Part shown: piece after piece, positions 39,534 to 48,439 of the stretch
How positions within the stretch are numbered: position 1 is the first letter of the stretch
How the letters are laid out: each line of letters starts with the position of its first letter
Source of the DNA: Rhodospirillaceae bacterium
Lineage (GTDB): Bacteria > Pseudomonadota > Alphaproteobacteria > Dongiales > Dongiaceae
Assembly: GCA_034439975.1 (NCBI GenBank)
Contig: JAWXBK010000110.1
Coordinates: 18,818 to 82,817 of the forward strand
Direction: 5' to 3'
Length of the DNA: 64,000 nucleotides
Program-made: the position numbers and the translations under genes
The notes under the pieces: generated by a model
Database searches by the model: none
Told to the model about the DNA's origin: nothing
The model's input: only the letters and a program-made list of their open reading frames with translations

Positions 39534-40814
39534 CTATTTCATCCGATCGATTTTGGCACCGCAACCCTGCAGCTTTTCAACCAGACGCTCATAGCCACGG
39601 TCGAGATGATACACCCGGTTAATGGTTGATTCCCCTTCCGCGGCGAGCGCGGCAAGCACGAGTGACATTGAAGCACGAAGATCGGTCGCCATAACCGGCG
39701 CGGCGCGCAGGCGCGAAACACCGCGCACCATCGCAGAACTACCATGCACGGTGATATCTGCACCCATCCGGCTCAACTCCGGAACATGCATGAACCGGTT
39801 CTCGAAGATCGTTTCGGTGATCATGGCAGCACCGTCGGCGATGGTCATCAAGGCCATCATCTGTGCCTGCATGTCGGTCGGAAACCCGGGAAATGGCTCC
39901 GTCGTCACGTTGATCGGATGCGGCCGGTTCGTCTTGCACGAGACTTCAATGTCTTTACCCGCCTGCTCGAGCGACAGACCCGTGCTCCTCATGGCGGCGG
40001 CCGCCGCCCCGAGCTGGCCGATATCGGCACGTTCCAGCGTGATCGCGCCGCCGGTAATGGCGGCAGCCAGCGCGTAGCTCCCCGCCTCGATGCGATCGGG
40101 AATGATGTCGTGCGTCGTGCCATGCAGGGCTTGAGCACCCACAATGCGGATCGTATCGGTTCCAGTTCCTTCTACCGTCGCACCCATGGCAGCAAGGCAG
40201 CGGCCGAGATCGACAATTTCCGGCTCGCGCGCCGCATTGGCGAGTTCGGTGGTGCCTTTGGCCAGGCTCGCCGCCAGCATAATGTTTTCGGTCGCGCCGA
40301 CAGACGGCACCGGCAGATCGATCCGCGCACCTTTGAGGCCGTTCGGCGCTCGCGCTTCGACGTAGCCGTCTTTCAGTTCGATCTCGGCACCGAGTGCACG
40401 CAGACCGAGCAGATGCAAATCGACAGGCCGGTTGCCGATCGCGCACCCACCGGGTAGCGATACGCGCGCCATCCCGATGCGTGCCAACAACGGCCCGAGG
40501 ACGAGCACCGACGCGCGCATCTTCCGCACCAGGTCGTAGGGCGCGGTCACGGTCCGTACATTGGCTGCACGCATTTCGATCAGGCTGCTGCCGGAATGGC
40601 CATTGGTGCCGGTGCGGAAGATGCCTTCCACGCCAAGTTCGCCCAGAAGGTCAGCCATCGTTGTGATATCGGCAAGGCGCGGCAGGTTGCGCAAGATTAA
40701 TGTCTCTTCGGTCAGCAACGCAGCCGCCATCAGCGGCAAGGCCGCGTTCTTGGCGCCCCCGATGGTGAGCGACCCGTGCAACGGTTGCCCGCCCTTGATC
40801 CAGATCCGATCCAT
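39534..40814 (-). CDS. murA: UDP-N-acetylglucosamine 1-carboxyvinyltransferase
   Basis: ATG at 40814 ([27 protein letters not shown]). The active-site region is [15 protein letters not shown]. Confidence 0.95.
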   Translation of the reverse strand: MDRIWIKGGQPLHGSLTIGGAKNAALPLMAAALLTEETLILRNLPRLADITTMADLLGELGVEGIFRTGTNGHSGSSLIEMRAANVRTVTAPYDLVRKMRASVLVLGPLLARIGMARVSLPGGCAIGNRPVDLHLLGLRALGAEIELKDGYVEARAPNGLKGARIDLPVPSVGATENIMLAASLAKGTTELANAAREPEIVDLGRCLAAMGATVEGTGTDTIRIVGAQALHGTTHDIIPDRIEAGSYALAAAITGGAITLERADIGQLGAAAAAMRSTGLSLEQAGKDIEVSCKTNRPHPINVTTEPFPGFPTDMQAQMMALMTIADGAAMITETIFENRFMHVPELSRMGADITVHGSSAMVRGVSRLRAAPVMATDLRASMSLVLAALAAEGESTINRVYHLDRGYERLVEKLQGCGAKIDRMK

Positions 40815-40880
40815 CAACGCCCTTTCACGGCCGGCCGAACAACCGGCTTTCGTAACGCGACGACTACAGGCCGGGCCATA

Positions 40881-41075
40881 TCACCCCTCGCCCCCGCCGC
40901 TTTTGTCTCGTGCCCCCGATTTAACCGATTCGTCGCTCTTTCGGGCGGATTTCTGCGCCTTGCGCCGGCGCAGATTCTGCCGCAACGCGTCCGCAAGGCG
41001 GGTATCACGCTCCGGACCGGCCTTTGGCTTGGCAGGCGGCGCGACGCCGGAGCGGCCTGTCGTTTTCGCTGTCAT
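40881..41075 (-). CDS. Small basic hypothetical protein
   Basis: 64 aa. The ATG at 41075 follows AGGAAG. It is Lys/Arg-rich (NLRRRKAQKSARK). Function unknown. Confidence 0.45.
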   Translation of the reverse strand: MTAKTTGRSGVAPPAKPKAGPERDTRLADALRQNLRRRKAQKSARKSDESVKSGARDKSGGGEG

Positions 41076-41185
41076 CGAAAGGGCTTCCTAATGTGGCCGG
41101 GAAGCTACGGGGGGAATGGGCTCATTTCAAGGCTTCGGCCTGGCATTTGCCCTGCCAGCCGATCCCTAGAGGTCGCCAACCGACG

Positions 41186-41494
41186 CTACGCGGCCGGACA
41201 CCCCGTTTGCCGCTCGTCGGCGGCGACGGATCGGGGCGTACAAAGGCAGCGCCGCATCTTCACCACGTCCGCAATCCAGTCGAGGTCCGACGCGACCAGC
41301 GGGTCGTCGCGTGCGCTGTCGAAAAATTCGATCGTCGCCGGGGCAAACATATGCGGCTCGACCAGTGCGCATAGCTCGTTCGCGTCTTGTGGCTGCGCGG
41401 TCACGTCAGTGGCCGGCCCCCTAAATCCCAGACTTGCGCAACTCGTCAAGAGCATCGTCAGCGCTGCGAAGCTCGCGGCTGATCTGTAACCCAA
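41186..41494 (-). CDS. Candidate o-spanin (outer-membrane lipoprotein)
   Basis: The TTG at 41494 lies 7 nt after AGGAGA. The N-terminus M/L-GYRSAASFAALTMLLTS|C is a lipoprotein signal with an L-T-S-C lipobox. It overlaps the 3' end of the preceding ORF by 74 nt in another frame, an Rz/Rz1-like arrangement. Confidence 0.5.
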   Translation of the reverse strand: MGYRSAASFAALTMLLTSCASLGFRGPATDVTAQPQDANELCALVEPHMFAPATIEFFDSARDDPLVASDLDWIADVVKMRRCLCTPRSVAADERQTGCPAA

Positions 41495-41642
41495 GATGCA
41501 TTCTCCTGTTGAAGGCCATGAGGCTGTCGGCGATTTGCGCCTTGATGCCGAGGCCGAGCATCTGATCGCGCTCGGCGCGGTCGGCCGCCCATTGCGCCAG
41601 GTGGACGAGCGCAAGGGCGAATTTTCCCCAATCCCAGATCAC
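41421..41642 (-). CDS. Candidate i-spanin
   Basis: 73 aa with a GTG start 12 nt after the holin-like ORF. It has a hydrophobic N-terminus (WGKFALALVHLAQWAA) followed by a helical, charged region. Confidence 0.4.
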   Translation of the reverse strand: MIWDWGKFALALVHLAQWAADRAERDQMLGLGIKAQIADSLMAFNRRMHLGLQISRELRSADDALDELRKSGI

Positions 41643-41654
41643 GCGTAGATCCGA

Positions 41655-41822
41655 TCAAGCTGGCGTTTTGTTCGGCGTGACATAGGTCACGATGAACAGG
41701 ATCACGCCGACCGCGGCGGCCTGGATCGTCGGATCAACCGTGAAACCCGCCCAATGCTGAAGCTGCATACAGAGGAACGACACAAGGCCGGCGACATAGG
41801 CTTTATCGAGTTTGGTCAACAT
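41655..41822 (-). CDS. Holin-like small membrane protein (55 aa, not in supplied ORF track)
   Basis: Hand-translated as MLTKLDKAYVAGLVSFLCMQLQHWAGFTVDPTIQAAAVGVILFIVTYVTPNKTPA. The ATG at 41822 is preceded by AGGAGAG. It has two hydrophobic helices and lies immediately downstream of the endolysin gene. Confidence 0.55.
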   Translation of the reverse strand: MLTKLDKAYVAGLVSFLCMQLQHWAGFTVDPTIQAAAVGVILFIVTYVTPNKTPA

Positions 41823-41831
41823 CGGTCTCTC

Positions 41832-42218
41832 CTAAGGATATAGTTTGCGGGGCAGTTGGAAATGCGGGCCGTCCTTGAAGCTGTGCCAATCGCCGCCCCA
41901 TTCGATTTGCACGCCTAGTTCTTCCGCGGCGCATTTCATGGCGTCCGCGATCCGGTGATAAAGCGGCCAATCCCAGCGCAACTCGCCATCGACATGGGCA
42001 CCCAGATCGACGGCGTGGCCGGTCAGATGACGCGAGTTCATCGTTCGCGACGCGCCCGCTGCGACGAGTGCTTTCTGACGCGTCACGCTGCGCATGCCTT
42101 CGAGCACCGTGAAATCCACATCGCTCAATGCAATCGCGCGTTCGACGACGCGCACCAGGTCGCGATGGACGTCTTTCAGGCGGTCGCGCGACCGCCGGCC
42201 GAGATTGAACCCGGGCAT
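41832..42218 (-). CDS. Peptidase M15 family endolysin
   Basis: 128 aa. SRHLTGHAVDL ... DGPHFQL are zinc-binding motifs of VanY/M15-type phage endolysins. Confidence 0.85.
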   Translation of the reverse strand: MPGFNLGRRSRDRLKDVHRDLVRVVERAIALSDVDFTVLEGMRSVTRQKALVAAGASRTMNSRHLTGHAVDLGAHVDGELRWDWPLYHRIADAMKCAAEELGVQIEWGGDWHSFKDGPHFQLPRKLYP

Positions 42219-42219
42219 G

Positions 42220-42555
42220 TCATTGATCTCCGATCAGCTTGAGCAGAAGGCCGCCGACGCGATCGAGGGCGAGGCCGATTCCACCGCCGGCAAGCGGCAA
42301 AGCGAAAATGGCGCCGGCGAGCCGGTTCTTGCAGCGCGACCAGGACGAGACATGCGGCTTCATGTATCGAATCTCGACCTCAAGCAGATCGAGCCGGCGC
42401 ACGGTCTCATCGCAGGTCTGATCGAGCTTGGTCAGCACCGGAATGAGTTGGTCGAGCCGCTGATTGAGACCGGTCACCTGCGCGGTCAGCTGGCCGATCA
42501 GGAATCCCGGCGCGCCCAGGACGGCCGATTGTCCGTCGTCATGGCCCTCCGCCAT
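42220..42555 (-). CDS. Phage membrane protein (coiled-coil plus C-terminal TM)
   Basis: 111 aa. Its ATG shares one nucleotide with the fibre stop (TGATG). The hydrophobic segment is LAGAIFALPLAGGGIGLAL. Role unknown (holin/antiholin or fibre-associated). Confidence 0.55.
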   Translation of the reverse strand: MAEGHDDGQSAVLGAPGFLIGQLTAQVTGLNQRLDQLIPVLTKLDQTCDETVRRLDLLEVEIRYMKPHVSSWSRCKNRLAGAIFALPLAGGGIGLALDRVGGLLLKLIGDQ

Positions 42556-43988
42556 CAGATCTTCACCTCGGTCACGACGATCGACGAAACCTGCAAACCG
42601 CCGAACTTGCGCTCGCTGTCGTCGCCGTTCAGATAGGCGTCTCCGGTAGAACCCGGGCCCATGCGCACCTTGAAATCGATTGCGCCGGTGCCGCCCGCTG
42701 TCATCTCGTACTGGATTGCCAGCGTCGCGGTGCCGGATCGGTTTTCGGTCGGCATGTAGCTCGCCGCCGCCCGTGCTCCCGTCTCGCTGTCCTTGAACAG
42801 CGCCGCGACCACCGCATCGAGCCCGCTGTTCGAACCGACCTGCAAGGTGATCGTCACCAAAAGCTTGTTGGCGGCTGCCTTCGGCGTGATTGAAACAGTG
42901 AGCACCTGCGTGCCCTCACTCGATTGCGGGATCGAGTTGTCGTATGGGATCACGGTGCTGATGCCCGAATAGGTCGCGGTCTGCGCATAAACCCGCTGCA
43001 AGATCGTGCCGGCTGCGACGCCGACCAGCTCGACATTGTTGACCTTGAAGCCACCCTGGGCATTGACCCAGCCGGCGCCGGGATCGCCGCCGGTCGGGGC
43101 GCCGAACTCCATTCCGGCGCCGAGCCGCATCCCGCTGGTATAAGCGCCGCCGACGATCGTGAAGAACTCGAGCCTCGAATCCTCGGAGCCGTTCGCCGGG
43201 TCGACCAGCTCGGCATGGACCTGCGCATAGCGCTGCGTATTGCCGGCGCCGTCTTTGCCATCCATGGCGATGCCGCCGATCTTGTCGCTCGCCGCGGGCG
43301 AACTGCTGATCCGCCGCATGACCAGCAGCGGGCCTTCGGCCGCACCGGCATCGGTCTTTTCGATCACCTGGTCGGCGGTGAACACGTTGGCATCCGCTAA
43401 ACCCGCAACCGCGAGCGCGGCTCGTGCAGCGTCCACATTCGCAGCACCGGTGCCGCCATCGGCGATCGGCAGCGGCAGGTTGATCGAGCCCGAGGGAACA
43501 TCGACGACAACGATCAGATTGCCGTTCGCATCGAAGCCCAGAACCTTGCCAGCCCGGACCGGCACGGCCGGCAGCTCGACGTTCAGCCCGTCCGGATCGG
43601 TGACCGGAAGGCGCAGCGTTCGGGCGAGCGCCGCGCGCAGCTCCTGGTCGCGCATCGCCGCGCGATCGAGTCCTGCCTCGTGACTCTCCGCCGGGAATCC
43701 GTCATTGGATACATAGTCGATGAGCTGCGTGAACGGCAGCGCCCGCACGATGATCCATTGCACCGTATTCGCGGGCGCCGACAGAGCGGTCACCGTACCG
43801 GTCGTGCCGGCGCCGCCGGCAACGGTGTAATGCGTGCCAAGGGCCTTGATCGATTCGGTGCCGGTTGCGGTCACCCGCTCGGTGATCGTGAGGTCGGACG
43901 AATTGAAGAACGGGAAAGGCACCGCGAAGGCAACGGTGATCCCGTCACCCGTGTACGAGACACGGGACGTCGTCGTGGAAACGGTCAT
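42555..43988 (-). CDS. Phage tail fibre protein
   Basis: Trimmed to the ATG at 43988, which follows AGGAG. The N-terminus MTVSTTTSRVSYTGDGITVAFAVPFPFFNSSDLTI is typical of podovirus fibre adaptor domains. The middle is Gly/Ala-rich. Confidence 0.8.
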   Translation of the reverse strand: MTVSTTTSRVSYTGDGITVAFAVPFPFFNSSDLTITERVTATGTESIKALGTHYTVAGGAGTTGTVTALSAPANTVQWIIVRALPFTQLIDYVSNDGFPAESHEAGLDRAAMRDQELRAALARTLRLPVTDPDGLNVELPAVPVRAGKVLGFDANGNLIVVVDVPSGSINLPLPIADGGTGAANVDAARAALAVAGLADANVFTADQVIEKTDAGAAEGPLLVMRRISSSPAASDKIGGIAMDGKDGAGNTQRYAQVHAELVDPANGSEDSRLEFFTIVGGAYTSGMRLGAGMEFGAPTGGDPGAGWVNAQGGFKVNNVELVGVAAGTILQRVYAQTATYSGISTVIPYDNSIPQSSEGTQVLTVSITPKAAANKLLVTITLQVGSNSGLDAVVAALFKDSETGARAAASYMPTENRSGTATLAIQYEMTAGGTGAIDFKVRMGPGSTGDAYLNGDDSERKFGGLQVSSIVVTEVKI

Positions 43989-44060
43989 GATTTTAACTCC
44001 TGCTACCGATGCGCCGCTTTCGAAACGGCAGGGCCGAAACGCGGGGTCAAATCGGCGCAA

Positions 44061-44501
44061 TCAACCGCCGGCAGACGGGCCTATCGCGTTAAGGGCCTGG
44101 CTGCCGATCTGGAGCGAATTGCTCAACAGGTCTGCACCGGCTTTGGACCGCCTGCGTCTGGCGGCATTCTTCAGGTCCTGATACTGGATCAGACCGCGGC
44201 GAATCTGATCGAACGGTTCAAGTTCGGCTTCAGCGGTGAAATCCGCCGCGATGTCGAGCGGCGATCCGGCGCCGGACTGAATCCCGGATGCCGCCGTTCT
44301 TGCGTGCAACGTGCCGAGCTGCCGGCGAATGTCGCGCTGCTGGCGCTGTGCCTCGAACACGGACTGCTGCCGCGCGACCTTGGCTTCGCGGTCATACTGC
44401 GCAGCTTCGCCTTTCGCCTGCTGAAACTGCGACGCCGTACTGACGGTCGCCGCGGCAACGGCGAGCCCGGCCGCGATAAAGGGAATACCCAGACCACACA
44501 T
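44061..44501 (-). CDS. Phage virion-associated protein (N-terminal TM, Gln/Arg-rich coil)
   Basis: 146 aa. The ATG at 44501 follows GAGGAGAG. It lies between the gp12-like and fibre genes, where podoviruses encode internal virion proteins. Confidence 0.6.
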   Translation of the reverse strand: MCGLGIPFIAAGLAVAAATVSTASQFQQAKGEAAQYDREAKVARQQSVFEAQRQQRDIRRQLGTLHARTAASGIQSGAGSPLDIAADFTAEAELEPFDQIRRGLIQYQDLKNAARRRRSKAGADLLSNSLQIGSQALNAIGPSAGG

Positions 44502-44511
44502 GAAGCTCTCC

Positions 44512-46977
44512 TCAGCCGTTGGTGGTTAGATGCGGTGCGATCGCTGCCACGGTGAGCGGCAGCGGCTGCGACTGGACGATCAGGACTCGCGCCGCGCGGT
44601 CCCAGCCCTTCGGAAACAGGATCGTTCGATCGCCGGTGAACAAAGGCGGCGGCCGGTCCATTGGATCGTCGCTGCCGCGGAATGCCAGTTGATCGAGATG
44701 CGCATCGTCGAAGCCGACGGCGCAGCCGAGCGACGCGAACAGCCGGACCGTCGCGCGGTGAATCCGCTTCGCCTTGCCGATGGCCGTACCATCGACTGCA
44801 CCCGCTTCGAGATCGAGCGTTTCGAGGCGACTTTCGTATCCCAGGCCCGCGTGAACGATCGAAGCCGGCTGCTGGAGCGCGATCCCACCGTCGACAACAG
44901 TTCGCGCGGGGTGTGCCGCACCGTCGGCCAGCACTTGCACCGTCTCGCCCTCAAGATGCGCGAAGCCGGACAATGTCGTCACCATGCGCGCCCAGCCGGC
45001 GGTCGACTGTTGTTGCAACGCGGGCGGCACATCGTCGACCAGTCGGACCGATACATTGTCGGCCGCGTTATAGGCGGTGATTTCAACCGCGACTGGCGGC
45101 CAGGCGATCCCGGGCCCGCCAAGCCGGAAACATTTCCCGGCATCGTCCGGCAGGAACGGCGAATGGCCGTCCGCGACCAGCGTTTTGACCGCACCCGTTG
45201 TCCAGGGCGCGCCGCCCTGCAGCGTCAGTCGCTTGGCTGGATCCATGTTCCAGCCGTCATACGAAAGTCCGCTGTCGACGAAGAACGCATTGTCGATGCC
45301 GCGACCGCTGTCGGGCCAGAACTCGCTTTCGAGATACTCGATGGTCGATATCTTTTGTCCATCGATCTGGCGCCGCACGGCGAGCCAGAGTCGGTCATGG
45401 CCGTCGGCGGGTATTGCGACTGCGCCGATGGCGACGGCATCGCTGCCACCCAGATCGTGCCGATGCCAGGCGATGACATCCTGTTCGCGCAGATAGGTGA
45501 ACCCGAGCAGAAGCCCGTCCTCGCGCAATGCCCAGAGTACCGACCAGGGTTGCCGCTGAAACGCGAGCGCGGCGATGCCGTCGCGAACCAGATGGCTGGC
45601 GAGGATCGTCATTTCCGGCGCGCCATAGGAATCGCTTTCGAAACGATAGGCGATCTCGTAGAGTTTGCGGCGCGCCCGCTGCACGAAAAGCGTGGCACCG
45701 CCCGCACGCACCGGCGGCAAGGTCGAGCATCCAATGTTGGATTGCGCGCGCACGGTAAGATTGCCCGGCGTCACCGCCTCGTTGAGGTTCGAGGCCTGAA
45801 CGGTGAATTCGCCGCCTTCGGTCCCGACGATCAGCACCTTGCCCGGCGACAGCCAGGATATTGCGTTCACCTCGTTGTCGGCGATGGTAAAAGTCATCGC
45901 CGTATCGTCGAGCACCGTGATGCCGTTATCGGTCGGCGAGAAATCGCTATAGGCGCCGCTCGCCGATCCCCAGAGCGTCTGCGGCTGATGCGCCGTGTTG
46001 GCGAAGAAGAGACGATCCTCGTAGAAGCCGATCGCCGCCGGCCAGCCGCGATGATCCGACCAGGCGCCTTCGCGCCAGCGTTTCGTGGCCGAGCTGGATG
46101 GCAGACGAGACAGGACATCGGCCGTCACCTGTGTCGCACTAGTGTAAGCCGTAATCCGCACCCAGCCATGCCCGCTATGAAGATAGGTCCAGGAGACGCC
46201 GCTGCTATGCGTTCCCTGATCGCTCTCGGTCCCTTCCGAATGCAGCGGCGGCGCCGTGCCCGACGTACCGCCGGCGGCGGTCTCGTAGACGCGATCGGCG
46301 AACTTCACCTTCTGCCCGCCGGGATAGCTTTTGGTCTGCTCCCAGTCGCCATAGTTCAGATGCCCGGCCGTCTCCTCGAGCCGCCAGACCGATCCGACAT
46401 GCGCGGGCACAAACAGATCGACCAACGTGGTCAGCGTGATGCCGCTGCCGGTCGCGGCGGATGGATCGAGCGTCCTGCTCGCATCGGTGTTGAGATCGAG
46501 ATACGGCCCGTCCTCGAATTCGAACGCCGTCAATGTCCAGTTGGTGTGCGAGAGCCGGTTAAGCTGGCGTGGCGCATAACCGCGATGCACGAGATAGAGC
46601 ACGTCGGCCGATTGCGCCCATTGCAGCCCGGCGAGATCCTCGGCCGCATAGGGCGTTGCGATCTCGAACGGCGTGCCGGGCGGTTCCTCGATCCGCCCGT
46701 CGCCGGCATAGAAACGGAAATATTGCTCGCCCGCCTCGATCACATAGGCCTGGCCGGCGGAGAACTGGAACGGTATCAGGCGGACCGGTCCGGTCTCCTT
46801 GGCGGTCGCGACGAAGCGCGTGCCAGGCCGGCGGGTCGCGGCGCCCTGCGGCAGCGGAATCATGTTCCGCAGCACGCGACAAGCATTCGAATATTTGGCG
46901 AGATCGACCCGGCCATGCAGCTCGGGCGACCATTCGCCGGCGTTGAATGTCGTGAACACGGGGGCGAAGCGCGGCAT
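44512..46977 (-). CDS. Tail tubular protein B-like (T7 gp12-like) structural protein
   Basis: 821 aa and uninterrupted. The N-terminus is FNAGEWSPELHGRVDLAKYSNACRVLRNMIPLPQGAATRRPGTRF. Its position directly after the gp11-like gene fits gp12-type nozzle proteins (recalled pattern). Confidence 0.72.
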   Translation of the reverse strand: MPRFAPVFTTFNAGEWSPELHGRVDLAKYSNACRVLRNMIPLPQGAATRRPGTRFVATAKETGPVRLIPFQFSAGQAYVIEAGEQYFRFYAGDGRIEEPPGTPFEIATPYAAEDLAGLQWAQSADVLYLVHRGYAPRQLNRLSHTNWTLTAFEFEDGPYLDLNTDASRTLDPSAATGSGITLTTLVDLFVPAHVGSVWRLEETAGHLNYGDWEQTKSYPGGQKVKFADRVYETAAGGTSGTAPPLHSEGTESDQGTHSSGVSWTYLHSGHGWVRITAYTSATQVTADVLSRLPSSSATKRWREGAWSDHRGWPAAIGFYEDRLFFANTAHQPQTLWGSASGAYSDFSPTDNGITVLDDTAMTFTIADNEVNAISWLSPGKVLIVGTEGGEFTVQASNLNEAVTPGNLTVRAQSNIGCSTLPPVRAGGATLFVQRARRKLYEIAYRFESDSYGAPEMTILASHLVRDGIAALAFQRQPWSVLWALREDGLLLGFTYLREQDVIAWHRHDLGGSDAVAIGAVAIPADGHDRLWLAVRRQIDGQKISTIEYLESEFWPDSGRGIDNAFFVDSGLSYDGWNMDPAKRLTLQGGAPWTTGAVKTLVADGHSPFLPDDAGKCFRLGGPGIAWPPVAVEITAYNAADNVSVRLVDDVPPALQQQSTAGWARMVTTLSGFAHLEGETVQVLADGAAHPARTVVDGGIALQQPASIVHAGLGYESRLETLDLEAGAVDGTAIGKAKRIHRATVRLFASLGCAVGFDDAHLDQLAFRGSDDPMDRPPPLFTGDRTILFPKGWDRAARVLIVQSQPLPLTVAAIAPHLTTNG

Positions 46978-47567
46978 CAGATGCGGCTCTCCACCCAGTC
47001 ATGCGTGACGATGCGTCCGGGTGTTCCCTCCTGCGCATCGATCGCGCGCGCTTCGACCAGTTTGTCGCGATAGGTTTCCGTCAGCACCTGGCTGAGGGCC
47101 GTCGATGCCGTCAGCGGATAAGCAAGCTCGGCGGCAAGGCGCGCGGCGATCGCATCGGCAAGCAGCGGGCCAAACTCGTTCGGATCGGTGATCTGCCCGA
47201 TATAGAGCAACCGCAGCGGCGGGCCATCATCGGAGAGAATGCGGCGTCCTTCGATCCGATAGGGCGACGAGGCGCCCTCGGTTTCGCCTTCGATCGCGAG
47301 CACGCGCAGGCAGCCGGGCGGCTCCGGCCCTTCCGGCAGTGAGTACTGATAGGCAAAGCCCCAGGCGGGCGCGACACTGAGTGCCGGCAATGCGGCACGG
47401 CGCACGGCCGGGTTCCACGGATAGGCGCGCAGCACCGCGTCGCGGATGGCAGCATAGTTGCGCTTGCACAGCCGGCCGCTCTGGTTGTCGTCGTCGAACG
47501 ACATGACCGGATCGGCACCGAGCATGTCGAGCGCCCGGTTGCAGATCGAAACATCGGAAATCGACAT
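46977..47567 (-). CDS. Tail tubular protein A-like (T7 gp11-like)
   Basis: The ATG at 47567 follows GGAGAA. MSISDVSICNRALDMLGADPVMSFDDDNQSGRLCKRNYAAIRDAVLRAYPWN parallels the T7 gp11 N-terminus (VNDILASIGEPPVSTLEGD...). Confidence 0.75.
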   Translation of the reverse strand: MSISDVSICNRALDMLGADPVMSFDDDNQSGRLCKRNYAAIRDAVLRAYPWNPAVRRAALPALSVAPAWGFAYQYSLPEGPEPPGCLRVLAIEGETEGASSPYRIEGRRILSDDGPPLRLLYIGQITDPNEFGPLLADAIAARLAAELAYPLTASTALSQVLTETYRDKLVEARAIDAQEGTPGRIVTHDWVESRI

Positions 47568-47705
47568 GGGATTTCTCCAAAACGCGCGTGCGGATGCGCC
47601 GCGTCCACGTAGCGCGACATCAATGCGTGCCACGAACGCCAAGACGAGACGGAATGATAGATTTATTTGGCGGTTGCCACCGGCCACGAACGCCGAACGG
47701 GCCCC

Positions 47706-47736
47706 GCGCGCATAGGGTTGGAGTGGCGACTCGCGC
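47706..47736. repeat. Conserved-loop hairpin, copy A (weak 5-bp stem)
   Basis: Core TAGGGTTGGAGTGGCGACT at 47713-47731, flanked by gcgcg / cgcgc. Confidence 0.6.
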
Positions 47737-47760
47737 CTGACACACGAACGCGAAAACGAT

Positions 47761-47803
47761 CGCCGCGACTGTAGGGTTGGTATGGCGGCTTACAGTCGCG
47801 GCG
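47761..47803. repeat. Conserved-loop hairpin, copy B (13-bp perfect stem)
   Basis: cgccgcgactgta (47761-47773) pairs perfectly with tacagtcgcggcg (47791-47803). The core is TAGGGTTGGTATGGCGGCT at 47772-47790. It lies 16 nt downstream of the 141-aa gene stop on the minus strand. Confidence 0.8.
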
Positions 47804-47818
47804 ATCAAACCCTCGACG

Positions 47819-48244
47819 TCAGTCGAGGGAGTAGAAAATCATCACCTTCAGCGTACCGCTGCCCGGGAAGCTGGCGGCGGCGATGGTGATGATGACGGTT
47901 TCCTCCGCCGCGGTTCCGACGCCGACGCCGGCGTTCACGCCAAACAAGGTCGGCGTGTTGGTCGCGGTGAAGGCTGCCGCTGCGCGGTACTTGCCGGTCG
48001 CGCCGGTAATGCCGATCGCGACCGTCGAAGAGCCGAGCGATGTGTCGGTGTTGAGCACGCCATAGAGCACGCGCGCACCTTTCGGCAGCCGCGCGATCTC
48101 GATCGTGTCGGACGTGGTCTGGGTCGCGAGCGTGACGGTCTCGTTGAAGACCCGCACGCGCCCGTGCACGTCGGAGACGGCGGGTAACTGCACGGGCGTC
48201 GAGTTGTGCAGCTTCGCCATCTGCGTTCCGTAAAGAACGGCCAT
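47819..48244 (-). CDS. Phage structural protein of unknown role (141 aa)
   Basis: The ATG at 48244 follows AAGGAG. The composition is beta-rich (TIEIARLPKGARVLYGVLNTD...GTLKVMIFYSLD). It lies between the capsid fragment and the gp11-like gene. Confidence 0.65.
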   Translation of the reverse strand: MAVLYGTQMAKLHNSTPVQLPAVSDVHGRVRVFNETVTLATQTTSDTIEIARLPKGARVLYGVLNTDTSLGSSTVAIGITGATGKYRAAAAFTATNTPTLFGVNAGVGVGTAAEETVIITIAAASFPGSGTLKVMIFYSLD

Positions 48245-48316
48245 GGTGGTAACTCCTTGTTGAATTCAGTGATAGCTCGGAAAGATCGGTCAAAGCGCCA
48301 ACGAGCCCCCGTATGC

Positions 48317-48356
48317 GTCGCGGCCGCGACTGATCGCGGCGGGTTGGCCGGCGGCG
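48317..48356. repeat. Partial/rearranged copy D of the hairpin family
   Basis: A 14-nt perfect palindrome gtcgcggccgcgac (48317-48330) reuses the arm sequence of copy B. It is followed by GGGTTGG-CC-GGCGGC (48341-48355). Confidence 0.5.
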
Positions 48357-48389
48357 AAGTGGCCCGCTGCTTGAAGCAAACTGCAACCA

Positions 48390-48433
48390 GCCTCGGGCGC
48401 GTAGGGTTGGTGTGGCGGCTGCGCGCCCGAGGC
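48390..48433. repeat. Conserved-loop hairpin, copy C (12-bp perfect stem)
   Basis: gcctcgggcgcg (48390-48401) pairs perfectly with cgcgcccgaggc (48422-48433). The core is TAGGGTTGGTGTGGCGGCT at 48402-48420. It starts 7 nt after the stop of the 48440..48919 ORF on the minus strand. Confidence 0.8.
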
Positions 48434-48439
48434 TAATCG

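Noticed and set aside
41076-41190. A search for direct repeats (attL/attR) between the left prophage edge (41076-41190) and the right edge (51062-51300).
   Set aside because: By eye I found only trivial 5-8 nt similarities (for example tcgaaaggg versus tcgaagggtg). The boundaries therefore remain undefined, and a proper alignment is needed.
44530-47073. An 847-aa plus-strand ORF across the phage tail region.
   Set aside because: It is antisense to the gp12-like gene. The translation is Arg/Gly/Ala/Pro-rich with no motifs, whereas the minus-strand frame gives a coherent structural protein coupled to its neighbours.
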